A DNA stretch of 62,152 bases, filler included, from Asterionella formosa (lineage: Eukaryota): assembly GCA_002256025.1 (NCBI GenBank). It is 6 parts of 6 records of this genome, joined end to end, with 100 filler letters (N's around TTAATTAATTAA, not from the genome) between each part and the next. Parts side by side here need not be neighbours in the genome. Positions count along the whole stretch, not along the records: positions 51,922 to 62,152 come from NKIB01009723.1; 5 more parts are not named here. One strand, given 5' to 3'. The translations under genes were made by a program, and so were the position numbers. Every line of letters starts with the position of its first letter. Position 1 is the first letter of the stretch. The notes beneath the pieces were generated by a model that was not told the DNA's origin, made no database searches, and saw only the letters and a list, made by a program, of their open reading frames with translations. Of this stretch, positions 61,094 to 62,152 are shown piece by piece.

Positions 61094-62152
61094 TGCGCCA
61101 ATTAATCCAGATATAGTCGATGTTGGAAGACAGGTGTAGCGATGAGCGGACAACTGATTCTTGTTTGACTGACAAAGCTGAAAGGTAGTGTATACAGAGT
61201 ATATATATAACGAAAAATAGTTGGCGGAATATTTCAGGTTGTGGCCCCGCAGTTACACATTGCGAGGTCCGTTTTTCCCCGAAATAATTTTGTGATGGAC
61301 TTCAATCTACACAGTACGTACAAGTAAATAAAATAGTTAAAGGTAAAATTAGCTTTCACCAATACCAACACTTCGCATATGCTTAACATACTGTCATTGC
61401 TTGACTTAGGGGTATGTTCTATCTTCGGATATGGTAAGGACCTCATTTCTGGAAAGAAACTGCAGTTATGTATCGTAGATTCGTAACTATCCCAAAAATA
61501 CTCCAAAAAAGGGGCTGCCAAGCTTTCTAAAAATCACCGATACATAACGGCAGTTTCTCTCCAGAAGTTAAGTCCTGATGTGTACAGTACCAGTACGGTA
61601 TACCGGTACTGATTTTACCTGCTGGGATACCACAGTACATCTAATACGTGTGGTTCAAGTGTGGCTGGCGTGGTTTTACAAGACCAGAAAACTTAAGCCA
61701 ATCTGGAGCAGGTGAGTCAATTCAATTCAACCAATCAGAATATGTGTAGTGACATGGCAACTTACCCTGGAGTCTTTTCGGACTGAGAATTAAGCAGAAA
61801 AACATACCTACGCAAGACTCTAAGTCTACAAGAACGTTTTTGCACATACTAATTCCGATTCCAATTTTTGGCGACTGTTGAAAAAGCCGATCGGGTCGAC
61901 TTTTTGGATGAGGATTGCTCTACATCTGTGTACATCTGTGGGGTTTCAACAAGATTAAAGTAGATAGCCGTGTATATCTTTGTCCATCGAGTAATATTAA
62001 AAACAACAAACAGCAGTGCAGATTCAATATAATCATGTATAAACATGAACCATGAGCATACATGTTGGCATACTCCTGATTAATTCATGTGTTTTGGCGT
62101 TGCGCAAAATCATGTTTACATTCAGCAATGAAGATATAGTATAAACGTTTAA

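Noticed and set aside
1..62152. tRNA, rRNA or snRNA genes
   Set aside because: None recognised by eye; tRNAscan-SE and Infernal would be needed to exclude them.

Overview
Eukaryotic nuclear DNA, most likely from a pennate diatom. This is inferred from short GT-AG introns, bipartite plastid-targeting peptides, and GC/PDE fusion, DUF6824 and diatom-type LRR families. The window is not one locus. It is six unlinked contigs of steadily decreasing length (10322, 10312, 10295, 10253, 10239, 10231 bp) joined by five artificial 100-bp N/TTAATTAATTAA spacers. Genes include an LRR membrane protein, an RWD-RING protein, a DUF1295 protein, an RS-type SR splicing factor, a secreted triple-repeat protein, a ShKT protein, ATG2, two inverted M43 metalloproteases, a guanylate cyclase-phosphodiesterase, GINS Psf2, two DUF6824 paralogues, heme oxygenase, a TRX-like 2Fe-2S protein and U1-70K. 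There is also a broken tocopherol cyclase and many transposon relics (pogo/Tigger, Crypton-type YR, Ambal-like LINE, Copia, Harbinger, Ulp1-like). The five most notable observations are: (1) pervasive intergenic TA-CC(W)GG-TA arrays that look like stacked transposon excision footprints; (2) a Crypton-type tyrosine recombinase relic bounded by ~250-bp terminal inverted repeats; (3) a probable poison splice site in the SR gene's long intron; (4) apparent gene conversion between the inverted protease pair; (5) an intact Harbinger second ORF beside a dead transposase. All family assignments are by eye from motifs; no database searches were run.
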